Sequence record: SRR20825010_1
DNA: 49,215 bases
Reading direction: 5' to 3' (one strand)
This document shows positions 17,767-27,048 of the stretch, in pieces. The position numbers were made by a program, and so were the translations under genes. The notes below the pieces were generated by a model. That model saw nothing but the letters and a program-made list of their open reading frames with translations. It was not told the origin of the DNA and did not search any database. Position 1 is the stretch's first letter. Each line of letters begins with the position of its first letter.

Positions 17767-19083
17767 CTACTTTAACACGATCCCTTGCACACGTTTCCAC
17801 TCTGTGATCGCCAATGAAACATCCAATTGCCGGGCGAGTTGATCACCACGCAACTTTTCGAGTTCCAAGCGAATCAGGTCATCCGAGCCAACGGGTTGTT
17901 GGTCCAGTTCGATCGCGGCCTTTGTTTCAGCCAACCGTTCCTCCGCCCATTGCAATTGACGATCAATCAGGCCGAGACGAGCGTTCGCCAGCCGAACGTC
18001 AAGGACAGCTTGCAGTGTTTCGTTGCGAATCACATCCGACAACGATTCGCGAAGAAGTGAACATTGTTGACGCCGGCAACTCAAATCGCTCGTGTTCGAA
18101 TCTGGCGAGAAACACGAAAAGAGTTTCTTTCCGGCGGCCGACGCGATGGCCAAACCGGCGCTCGGGCTGAGGGCACCGATTAATTGTCGTGCCGAGGACA
18201 GATTGCAACTTCGCATACCGGCGCACAGTTGTTTGACCGCTTTCAAGTCATTGCGGTTGTCCAAAGCGGTTGCAACGCTGAAGCCCGCGTCGACCGATTC
18301 GATGGATTGCAATGAATCGATTGTTACCGCGAGGGCGACTTCGAATTCGGGCTGACCGGTCCGTCGGGCCAATTCTTGTCTTAGTTTCTGCGTTGCGAAC
18401 GTTTGTTGGACTTCCATGTCTTGCCAAACCAGTTTGGCTTGTTGCAGTTGCAAAACATTTCCATCGGGGACGCCCAATCGATCGGCTTCGTTTGCCAAGT
18501 CGATCAATCGGTTTTGCACCTCGATCCCTTGTCGAGCAATTTGCTTGCCGAGCTGTGCCGCAACCAATCGATCGTAGGCTTTGGCCGCATCTGCGGCGTC
18601 GTCCGAACGGCGACCCAACGCGATCTCGGCTAGGACGGACCGGATCAAACGAAGTTGGCAGACGGCATCGTCATCATCACAATCGACTCCACAAGCAACC
18701 GCTCGGGATTCTTGGTCGATCATGTTGGCTTCGGGTGAGTGCTGATACGCCCACTGCATGACCTGTTGCCGTGTGTAGCTGATCGACGGATCCGCTCCGA
18801 TTGGCTCAGTAAGATTCTCGATGACTATTGTTTCGATTGACTGGGGGCCGTCGAGCTCGAGCGATGGCGTCTCTTTCGAGGTCAACGTCAGTTCCGAGGT
18901 CGGAAAGGCATCACTCGGGGAAGCGATTGCCGGGGAATCTGCCAACGACCAATCCATGGCAGGATCGCCGGGTGATTGAGCGGAAAGGACCGCCATCATG
19001 GCCACGCCGAGAATCAACGGAAGGATCCAGCGGTGGGCCGGGGACCGAGCGGCTTGGATCGCGGGTTTCACGGCAGAAATCAT
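17767..19083 (-). CDS. Exported helical protein, possibly TolC/outer-membrane efflux-like
   Basis: Signal-like N-terminus; two long helical repeats with AYDRLVAAQ, ALDNRNDLKA and a terminal ITEWKRVQG resembling OEP repeats; many Cys. Confidence 0.5.
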   Translation of the reverse strand: MISAVKPAIQAARSPAHRWILPLILGVAMMAVLSAQSPGDPAMDWSLADSPAIASPSDAFPTSELTLTSKETPSLELDGPQSIETIVIENLTEPIGADPSISYTRQQVMQWAYQHSPEANMIDQESRAVACGVDCDDDDAVCQLRLIRSVLAEIALGRRSDDAADAAKAYDRLVAAQLGKQIARQGIEVQNRLIDLANEADRLGVPDGNVLQLQQAKLVWQDMEVQQTFATQKLRQELARRTGQPEFEVALAVTIDSLQSIESVDAGFSVATALDNRNDLKAVKQLCAGMRSCNLSSARQLIGALSPSAGLAIASAAGKKLFSCFSPDSNTSDLSCRRQQCSLLRESLSDVIRNETLQAVLDVRLANARLGLIDRQLQWAEERLAETKAAIELDQQPVGSDDLIRLELEKLRGDQLARQLDVSLAITEWKRVQGIVLK

Positions 19084-19301
19084 CCCTGGAATGAACAGAG
19101 GCTCCCTTTCGTCCGTGAAAGAGTTTTGCAGTTTCCTCTATTCAGGTGTGTTCGGTCGGATTCTGCGCCCAAAACCAGCCGAGGTTCCCACCACTGCATT
19201 GGCGGGATTGCACCGGTTTGGACGAAAAAAACCGATGGTCCGGTCGAGACGATCTTTCGCTAGACTGCGTCCTTCGCAAAATACCCCGATTTTCCAACAT
19301 C

Positions 19302-21329
19302 ATGAAATCATCGACCGAATCGAAGTCCGGCAAGGACGGTACCGTGTCGGAGGCCCAGGCGGCTTTCGATGCATTGACGATTCCGCAGCAGAGAGCAGCC
19401 GTCTTCCGATTGCAGGGCGGACGCGAAACCGTGGAAGCCTTCGCGGTGGCGTTCATTTTGGCTTTGTTGTTCCGTGCTTTCATCGCAGAAGCCTTCGTTA
19501 TTCCCACCGGATCGATGGCTCCAGCGTTGATGGGCGCCCACAAAGATGTCTTTTGCGACCAATGCGGGCAACAGTTCCCAATCGGAGCGAGTTTGGAAAA
19601 TCGCACGCCCGCTCTGGAGAAGGCCGTCGTCGGTGGCATTTGCCCCAATTGTCGGCACGTGAACCCGTTGGATTTGGCAAACGATCCCGATCACCAGACC
19701 TTCAGCGGTGATCGGATTTTGGTCAGCAAATTCGCTTACACGTTGAAAGAACCCAAACGCTGGGACGTGATCGTCTTCAAGGTGCCGGTCAATCCAAAGC
19801 AGAACTACATCAAACGCCTGGTGGGATTGCCCGGCGAAACCATTTCGATTCGATACGGTGACGTCTACGCGAGCCAAAACGCGGACGAGGCGTCGGCGGG
19901 GATCGGCGAGATCCAACGCAAGTCACCTGAGAAGTTGATGGCGATGAGCCATTTGGTTTACGACAGCGAGCACCAGGCACAGGCATTGATCGAGGCGGGG
20001 TATCCATCGCGATTGCAGCCTTGGACACCGGGGGGCGATTCTGTTCCGAAGGATTCTTGGTCGGTCGACCAGTCCACCGAAGGTCTCACCGCAACAGTGC
20101 AGGCTGCCGAGGGACAAACACAGTGGCTTCGTTACTACCACCACTTTCCAAATCAAGAACAGTGGGACGCAGCGATTGCCGGACAGTCGTTGGCGGAAGT
20201 GGACCCACACAGTGGGCGCCTCGTGACCGACTTCTATGCCTACGATGCATATCTGAATGTGGATTCCGATCGTGTCTATGACCAGAAACCGAGTCCGGTA
20301 AACGTTTCGCGTATGAAACGTCTTCTTGGTCAATCCCGATCCGATGGCGTTTTCCGAATGGATTACAAATCCGGTGGTGATTTGTCTCAGTTTCGCGGCA
20401 CAGTGAATTTCGGCGGTTCCTTCCATGGTGCCGATGGGGTGCACTGGGTTGGCGATTTGATCGTTTCCAAAAGTATCGAAACCTCAGCGGATGCGGAGCG
20501 GTTGACGTTTGAGGTTGTCGAAGCCGGCGTGCGGCATCTTTGTGAAATTGATTTGAAAACCGGTGAAGCCAAGCTGACGCTCGATGACGGAGAAGTCCGC
20601 GCGTTTGATGGCGATGGAAATCAGCACCCCGTTGCGACAACATCCGTGCGTGCCGGTCAACAACACGATTTTCGGTTCAGCAACGCGGACAACGAACTGA
20701 CGCTTTGGATCGATGACGAGGTTGTTGCGTTTCAATCACCAACCACTTTCGATTTCGACTCGATTGTCCCGGTCGCTGAGAATCAACCACGGTACGACGG
20801 GCCGGGCAATCCGCTGGACGCCGCACCGGTCGCCATCGGTGTGACCGGTGGCTCCGCCACGCTGAATCATTTGTTGATTCATCGTGATAAGTACTATATC
20901 GCGGTCGATAGCAGGGACTATGACATGCTCGACTATGACATGGGGGCCCTGCGACGCTTCGTCGGTGCTGGATCGCAAACCGAAGAGATCGTTCGTGACA
21001 TACAGTTGCTAATGGGCGAACCGACAATCTGGTCGGACTTTCCCGGTTGGCAAAATCGCCGCACGGTTTCGTTCCGTATGGAAGAGGACCAGTTCTTTCC
21101 GATGGGCGACAACAGTCCTGAAAGTTTGGATGCGCGGTGTTGGGCTGGCAACAAGACTCGGCTGGGCAATTACGCCAGTCCCGATAAAGACGCCTACAAA
21201 TTCGCGGATGTTTCGTACGTCCCGCGAGACTTGTTGGTGGGCAAGGCTTTGCTGGTGTTCTGGCCGCACCCGTGGAAGTCGCCGTTGCCGTTTTGGCCCA
21301 ACTTGGACCGGATGCAACGAATCAAGTGA
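19302..21329 (+). CDS. lepB: Signal peptidase I (S26) with large insertions
   Basis: FVIPTGSMAPAL (Ser), GDRILVSKF, RWDVIVFK, YIKRLVGLPGE (Lys), MGDNSPESLDAR, VGKALLVFWP. Confidence 0.92.
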   Translation: MKSSTESKSGKDGTVSEAQAAFDALTIPQQRAAVFRLQGGRETVEAFAVAFILALLFRAFIAEAFVIPTGSMAPALMGAHKDVFCDQCGQQFPIGASLENRTPALEKAVVGGICPNCRHVNPLDLANDPDHQTFSGDRILVSKFAYTLKEPKRWDVIVFKVPVNPKQNYIKRLVGLPGETISIRYGDVYASQNADEASAGIGEIQRKSPEKLMAMSHLVYDSEHQAQALIEAGYPSRLQPWTPGGDSVPKDSWSVDQSTEGLTATVQAAEGQTQWLRYYHHFPNQEQWDAAIAGQSLAEVDPHSGRLVTDFYAYDAYLNVDSDRVYDQKPSPVNVSRMKRLLGQSRSDGVFRMDYKSGGDLSQFRGTVNFGGSFHGADGVHWVGDLIVSKSIETSADAERLTFEVVEAGVRHLCEIDLKTGEAKLTLDDGEVRAFDGDGNQHPVATTSVRAGQQHDFRFSNADNELTLWIDDEVVAFQSPTTFDFDSIVPVAENQPRYDGPGNPLDAAPVAIGVTGGSATLNHLLIHRDKYYIAVDSRDYDMLDYDMGALRRFVGAGSQTEEIVRDIQLLMGEPTIWSDFPGWQNRRTVSFRMEEDQFFPMGDNSPESLDARCWAGNKTRLGNYASPDKDAYKFADVSYVPRDLLVGKALLVFWPHPWKSPLPFWPNLDRMQRIK

Positions 21330-21350
21330 TTCACTGAAAGGAATCGAATC

Positions 21351-22304
21351 ATGAGTGACGAATTTACACCGACATCCTTTCCCACCGAATCTGTGATGGG
21401 ACACGGTGTCATGCCGCAATCGTCCGAACCGGTGCTCGAAGCAGTTGGTTTGCAAAAGACCTATGGTCGTCGCCGCGTCGTCGATGGCGTGAATTTGCAC
21501 GTGGGCGAAGCGGAGATCGTTGGCTTGCTCGGGCCGAACGGTGCGGGGAAATCGACCAGCTTTCGAATGATATGCGGACTCGTTCAGCCCGACCAAGGTC
21601 GCGTGTACTTAGGCGGACAAGATGTCACCGATTGGCCGATGTTCCGGCGTGCTCGCGACGGTCAGATGGGGTATCTACCTCAGGAACCGAGCGTTTTTAA
21701 GAAGCTGACGGTGGAACAGAATATCTCCGCGTTGTTCGAGTTGTTGGGCGTGGATCGCAAGCAACGCAAACAGCGAACCAACGAGTTGTTGGAAGAATTC
21801 AATATCACGCACATTCGAAAGAGCCGGGCGGCAGGTTTGTCCGGTGGCGAGCGCCGCCGGCTCGAGATCGCACGATGCCTCGTATCCAATCCACGGATCG
21901 TGATGCTTGATGAGCCGTTCGCGGGGATCGACCCGGTGACCGTGCAATCCATCCAAGGCGTTATCCAACAACTGCGTGATTCTGGGATCAGTGTATTGAT
22001 CACGGATCACGCGGCTCGCGAAATTTTGACGACGGTGGATCGCTGCTATGTGATCTACCAGGGTCAAGTGTTGATTGATGGCACACCCGATGAAGTCAAA
22101 CGTCACCCCAAGGTTCGTGAAGAATACTTGGGTGACCTCGACGCTGCCGCCGGGACATCGGTCGATAGCGTTCACGCAGCTTCCAATGCGCCTGCCGAGA
22201 ATCAATTCCGAGTCGATCCGGCTCACCCTCAACCACCACCTGCGTCACCCGCCACCGCAACACCGCGACGGCAAGTCCCTCGGCGTCGTGTGACTGACGT
22301 TTGA
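21351..22304 (+). CDS. lptB: LPS export ABC transporter ATP-binding protein
   Basis: GLLGPNGAGKST, GYLPQEPSVF, LSGGERRRLEIAR, LDEPFAGIDP, VLITDH, VREEYLG; Pro-rich C-terminal extension. Confidence 0.93.
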   Translation: MSDEFTPTSFPTESVMGHGVMPQSSEPVLEAVGLQKTYGRRRVVDGVNLHVGEAEIVGLLGPNGAGKSTSFRMICGLVQPDQGRVYLGGQDVTDWPMFRRARDGQMGYLPQEPSVFKKLTVEQNISALFELLGVDRKQRKQRTNELLEEFNITHIRKSRAAGLSGGERRRLEIARCLVSNPRIVMLDEPFAGIDPVTVQSIQGVIQQLRDSGISVLITDHAAREILTTVDRCYVIYQGQVLIDGTPDEVKRHPKVREEYLGDLDAAAGTSVDSVHAASNAPAENQFRVDPAHPQPPPASPATATPRRQVPRRRVTDV

Positions 22305-22323
22305 CACCTACCTGATTAGCACC

Positions 22324-23571
22324 ATGTCCCCTCTGATCGCCGCCGACAAAATTGAAGCGGCTCGCAAGCGAATCGCAAAAGTGGTTCGCCACACGCCAAT
22401 GATGCGAAACGCTCGGCTCTCTGCACTTTATGATGCGGAGATTTTGCTCAAACGTGAGGACTTGCAGGAAGTTCGCAGCTACAAAATTCGTGGCGCGTAC
22501 AACCGGATGTCGCAACTCAGTGATGCACAACGTGCCGCGGGAGTCGTTTGCGCTAGTGCCGGAAATCACGCGCAAGGATTCGCCTACGCCTGCCATGCCA
22601 TGGGGATTCAGGGGCGAGTTTTTATGCCGGCGGTCACGCCGAAGCAAAAGGTCGACAAAGTCAAGCTGTTTGGACAGGAACACGTTGAGGTCATCTTGAT
22701 TGGTGACACCTTTGACGACGCCGCCGCGGAGGCTCATCGCGCAGCTGAGGAAGGCCTGACGTACATTCCTCCGTTTGATGATCCCGCGATCATTGAGGGA
22801 CAAGGCACCGTTGGTGCTGAAATTTTAGAGGACCATTCCGAGCCAATTGATATGGTGCTCGTTGCCGTCGGTGGCGGCGGTCTGATCTCGGGATTGGGCA
22901 GCATCTTCAAACAGCTTTCACCGAAAACGAAGATCATCGGCATTGAACCCACCGGTGCACCAGCGATGCATGATAGCCTTCGAGCAGGCGAGGTGATCAC
23001 GCTGGAAAAGATCGACAACTTCGTTGATGGAGCCGCGGTCAGGCGTGTCGGAGATTTGAATTTCAAGATCGCTCAACATGTGATTGACGAAATGATTTTG
23101 GTGCCGGAAGGAAAGGTGTGCAGCGTGATGTTGCAGCTCTACAACGACGAAGGTTTGGTCGTGGAACCGGCTGGCGCGTTGTCGATCGCCGCACTGGACC
23201 AGCTCGCATCCGAAATTTGCGGCAAAACTGTTGTCTGCGTTGTCGGCGGAAGCAACAACGACATCACTCGCACCGAAGAAATTCGTGACCGAGCAATGTT
23301 GTACGAAGGTTTGCAGCACTACTTCATCATCAAGTTTCCGCAGCGAGCCGGGGCTTTGCGAGAGTTCCTCAACAATGTGCTTGGGCCAACCGACGACATC
23401 ACACACTTTGAGTACACACGAAAGCACAATCGCGAAACCGGGCCGGCGCTCGTTGGTTTGCAGGTCGCCCACCGCGACGACTACCAAGGCTTGCTCGACC
23501 GGATGGCCGCCAGCAACATCGAATACCAAGTCGTCAACGAACAACGCATGCTGTTCGAGTTGTTGGTGTAA
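22324..23571 (+). CDS. ilvA: Threonine ammonia-lyase, short form with one regulatory domain
   Basis: LKREDLQEVRSYKIRGA (PLP Lys), ASAGNHAQG, VGGGGL, EPAGALS, FPQRAGALREF. Confidence 0.95.
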   Translation: MSPLIAADKIEAARKRIAKVVRHTPMMRNARLSALYDAEILLKREDLQEVRSYKIRGAYNRMSQLSDAQRAAGVVCASAGNHAQGFAYACHAMGIQGRVFMPAVTPKQKVDKVKLFGQEHVEVILIGDTFDDAAAEAHRAAEEGLTYIPPFDDPAIIEGQGTVGAEILEDHSEPIDMVLVAVGGGGLISGLGSIFKQLSPKTKIIGIEPTGAPAMHDSLRAGEVITLEKIDNFVDGAAVRRVGDLNFKIAQHVIDEMILVPEGKVCSVMLQLYNDEGLVVEPAGALSIAALDQLASEICGKTVVCVVGGSNNDITRTEEIRDRAMLYEGLQHYFIIKFPQRAGALREFLNNVLGPTDDITHFEYTRKHNRETGPALVGLQVAHRDDYQGLLDRMAASNIEYQVVNEQRMLFELLV

Positions 23572-23768
23572 GGATTGATTTCGACGATGCCGGGATTCGC
23601 ATCGTCGCTACGTGTTTGTCGCGTATTGTCACCAACAATCTCTGTTGTGTGACACGGTTGCCCTTGCTGGCATACAATCAAATCCCTCAGGCAGGCTGAT
23701 CGAGATACTGGTCTCAATTGGCTGCTCTGACGCTCTTAAATGGTGCGTTCTATACGGGAGAAGATTGG

Positions 23769-26700
23769 ATGATTTCGAAAGCATGTTGCCGACTCTTGTT
23801 GATCGTCGTTTCGCTTTTTACATCGCTGTCGGTTGGAACTCCCCGGCACTTGCATGCGGGAAGTTCCGACGAGTCTGTTCGAGAGCTCTTGTTTACGAGG
23901 GAGCACGACGTTCTTTCGCAGGGCTTTGACAGCGTTGTCCTGCAAGCGTCGAAGCTTACCCCTGAAGATCGCTTTGATGTTTTGGCCGATTGGGTGTTGC
24001 CTTCAGAAACGCGTTCAAACTTTCGAATGCAATCCAGGTTTGTGCAGATCTCTCCCATCGCAGACTCAGAGGTTGCTCCTAAGGAAAGCGTTGTCGAAGG
24101 AATCACATCGCCAGCGTTCTATCTTCTAACATCAGCCAAAGAAACAAACCGTCTGAGCGAACTTCGCCGACGAGTGCATGAGGTTCCGGATTCGTCGCAG
24201 TCGGATCAAATTCGAGCGAAGCTGGCTCTGCTGTTCATGATCGATGTTGCGAGTCTCACGTCGAAGTCACCTGCGACTCCGTCTCAATCCACTTCCGCAA
24301 TTTTGGATGCGTTGGCAACTCTCGTTCGGAAACAATCTCCTGATTCAAACAGGCAGGATTGGTCGGAGATCTTGGCGCTCGCCTACGGGAGACAGAGTGC
24401 GTTGCGGCGAAGTGAATTGGTCGAACTTGCCGCCAGTATTTGCTTGCCGAAAATGGAGGACTTCGAATGGGATTCAAACGGGGTTTGGGATGTCTATGCC
24501 TTTGGTTCTCTTGCTGCTCTCACCTTGAGCAACGAAACCAATGCAATGCATCGATCGGTGTCGTCGAGTGCCTTCGAGAATTCGCCCTTCCGATCTTGGC
24601 AGCGAGCCTCGGTGGTGTCTGCCAACTCTCGGGGCAACGGCTTCGCCGCTGCAACATGGCGGCCTATGGGCTATGCCGTGCACAAGGTCTCGGGCCACAA
24701 CAACGATTACCTGTATTTGCCTTCGCCGTTGACGGGGGATTTTGAAATTGAATGTGATTTGACTGGTCAACCTTTTCAAGAAATGCAAGTTGCGTATGCC
24801 GGACTTTTTGCTTCGCATCATTCCTCTCGAGACCAAGCCGAGATCGGCGGGATCCGCAGTCAAGAAATGCTGCCACTGGATCCCCCGATGAGCCCGCCAG
24901 ACGAGTGGATGAGTTGTCGAGTCTCGGTTCGTGATGGGGTCTGTCGTCACTTCATCAACGGAAGGCCCATTTTGCAGCGAACGTTGGTGGACGGGCAGTT
25001 TCCTTGGCTGGCGTTGCGAGCACATCGGTTGAGCCACGGAGGCATTCGCAACCTCACTATCACGGGATCGCCTGAAATTCCCTCTTCCGTCGACATGGTC
25101 AATTCGCCGAAACTAGTTGGTTGGTACAGCTACTACGACGAGACTGTTGACAACCCGAACGACATGTTTTCATGGCGATCCGTTGCGACGCAAGAAACGG
25201 AAGCGTCGTTTGAGGTTCAGCACGCAGCTCGACGTGAACTCGCGGGATCCAATTTGGAGAGTCTGCTGATGTATCACCGGCCGATGGTGGAACATGGCTC
25301 GATTGAATATGAGTTCTTCTACGCGAAGGGAAAAACGGCCGTCCACCCAGCGATTGATCGGATGGCTTTGATGCTCGAACCGGATGGCGTCAAGGTGCAC
25401 TGGGTGACAGACGGTGCGCATCAACCAGGCATTCTTTCGCCTGCGAATCGAGTATTCGCAATCAAGGAAGGTCAGAGACGTCCCCAGCTCGACTTGAAAG
25501 ACAATTCATGGAACCGAGTTCGATTGGAGCTTCGAGGCGATGATGTTCAGTTGCATCTGAATGGAAAGCCTATCGTGGAGAGGACGCTTGAACCATGGAA
25601 TCAACGGCAGTTCGGATTGTTCCATTTCGCGGACGAAACGAACGTGCGAGTTCGTAATTTGCGATGGTCAGGTGACTGGCCGAATGCGGATCAAGTGTTT
25701 GGTGAGAATTTTCGCGTGATGCCGAATACAGCTGAGATGGAACAGTTGGCGTCTGCACTGCCGCAATCGTACCAGCAAGATTTTCGCAAATTGGAATTCG
25801 ACGCGAGCCATTTCATTCAACGAGGTGGGCCGATCTCAGTCGAAGAGGACGGCATCACAATGAAAGCGAGCGGTAGTCAAAGCACCGATCTTCCCCTTTG
25901 GCTCGAGGTGCGCGGCGACTTCGATTTACGCGCACGATTCGAGAACTTTCAACATGCGGACGTCGGCGACGGGGCTCTCGAAATGCTCGCGTACCTGCCA
26001 AGTGATGGTCAGAAAATTCGCGTTGCTCGACATCGATGGGATAACAAAGAGCAAAAGCTGCGAACCCGATTTTCGCCGATGACGGATGCCGGCCATCAAG
26101 CTCAACGAGCAAGAGATCATTGGGTCGCGAACGAAGCGACATCGGGGGTTTTTCGAATGGTCCGTCTGGGCACCACCGTTCACTACTTGTTCGCTGAAAA
26201 CGATTCTGAAACCTTTCGTCTTCTGTCGACTGATCAAGTCGGCCGTGGTTCCCTGAACGCGGGAGGCATCACCCTCAAAGCGTTTTCCTCGAAGGGGGGT
26301 TCTGCATCGACGACCTGGACCAACATCAGCGTGCGCGCCGAGGAAATATCGGGCGTCGCGGTACCGGACATGCAAGCGTTGCGGAACCAGTTGGACGACT
26401 CGAAGAAGCTGTTGAAGAAGTCGTTCGTGCACGACTTTACGAAAGCAGCTCCGGATGCGGAGATGTTCGCGAGGATAAACGATACAAGACCTTGGAACGA
26501 GGCTGACGATGGTCTTCGGATGCGAGACATCGGAACGGGCGAGTGGGGGGCGAGTGCCCTCGTCGCGCAAATGCCCGTCAAAGGTGACTTTGATATTCGT
26601 CTAGAATTTGATGAACTCAAACTTAGTTCGGGAAACGGGCAACAAGCCATTCTCGCAATCGAGGTTCAGCCGACGTCTGAACCGCGAACGACGGTCAATT

Positions 26701-27020
26701 CGATGTTGGGGCTGAATGCACCCGGCGTTATCCAAGCGGAAGGCTACGCGCGAGTGCGAATGCCAGATGGAAGTCATTGGTTCAACGGAACCGAACGGCA
26801 CACCGTGACATCTGCCACCGCGTTGCGAATCGCTCGCCGGGGTGAGCGATTCTTCATGATGGTTCGTACCGAAGGTGAACAGCACGATCGTATCGTGTCG
26901 ATGTCAGATCACTCGAACGCGCCGATCAACGGAATCATTGTGATGCTGCACAGCGGAGGTTCGGGAAGTGAATCAAGCGTTCGCCTCAAGAAGTTTGAAG
27001 TTCACTCAGACGAACAGTGA
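23769..27020 (+). CDS. Large secreted planctomycete-type protein (DUF1581/DUF1583-like) with repeated beta-sandwich modules
   Basis: Signal peptide from MISKACC; ESLLMYHRPM..EYEFFY..VHPAIDR..HWVTDG block; recurring GDF(D/E)(I/L) motifs. Family recognised from memory only. Confidence 0.65.
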   Translation: MISKACCRLLLIVVSLFTSLSVGTPRHLHAGSSDESVRELLFTREHDVLSQGFDSVVLQASKLTPEDRFDVLADWVLPSETRSNFRMQSRFVQISPIADSEVAPKESVVEGITSPAFYLLTSAKETNRLSELRRRVHEVPDSSQSDQIRAKLALLFMIDVASLTSKSPATPSQSTSAILDALATLVRKQSPDSNRQDWSEILALAYGRQSALRRSELVELAASICLPKMEDFEWDSNGVWDVYAFGSLAALTLSNETNAMHRSVSSSAFENSPFRSWQRASVVSANSRGNGFAAATWRPMGYAVHKVSGHNNDYLYLPSPLTGDFEIECDLTGQPFQEMQVAYAGLFASHHSSRDQAEIGGIRSQEMLPLDPPMSPPDEWMSCRVSVRDGVCRHFINGRPILQRTLVDGQFPWLALRAHRLSHGGIRNLTITGSPEIPSSVDMVNSPKLVGWYSYYDETVDNPNDMFSWRSVATQETEASFEVQHAARRELAGSNLESLLMYHRPMVEHGSIEYEFFYAKGKTAVHPAIDRMALMLEPDGVKVHWVTDGAHQPGILSPANRVFAIKEGQRRPQLDLKDNSWNRVRLELRGDDVQLHLNGKPIVERTLEPWNQRQFGLFHFADETNVRVRNLRWSGDWPNADQVFGENFRVMPNTAEMEQLASALPQSYQQDFRKLEFDASHFIQRGGPISVEEDGITMKASGSQSTDLPLWLEVRGDFDLRARFENFQHADVGDGALEMLAYLPSDGQKIRVARHRWDNKEQKLRTRFSPMTDAGHQAQRARDHWVANEATSGVFRMVRLGTTVHYLFAENDSETFRLLSTDQVGRGSLNAGGITLKAFSSKGGSASTTWTNISVRAEEISGVAVPDMQALRNQLDDSKKLLKKSFVHDFTKAAPDAEMFARINDTRPWNEADDGLRMRDIGTGEWGASALVAQMPVKGDFDIRLEFDELKLSSGNGQQAILAIEVQPTSEPRTTVNSMLGLNAPGVIQAEGYARVRMPDGSHWFNGTERHTVTSATALRIARRGERFFMMVRTEGEQHDRIVSMSDHSNAPINGIIVMLHSGGSGSESSVRLKKFEVHSDEQ

Positions 27021-27048
27021 TTGTCTAGCCGCTGCTCACTCGATCGGT

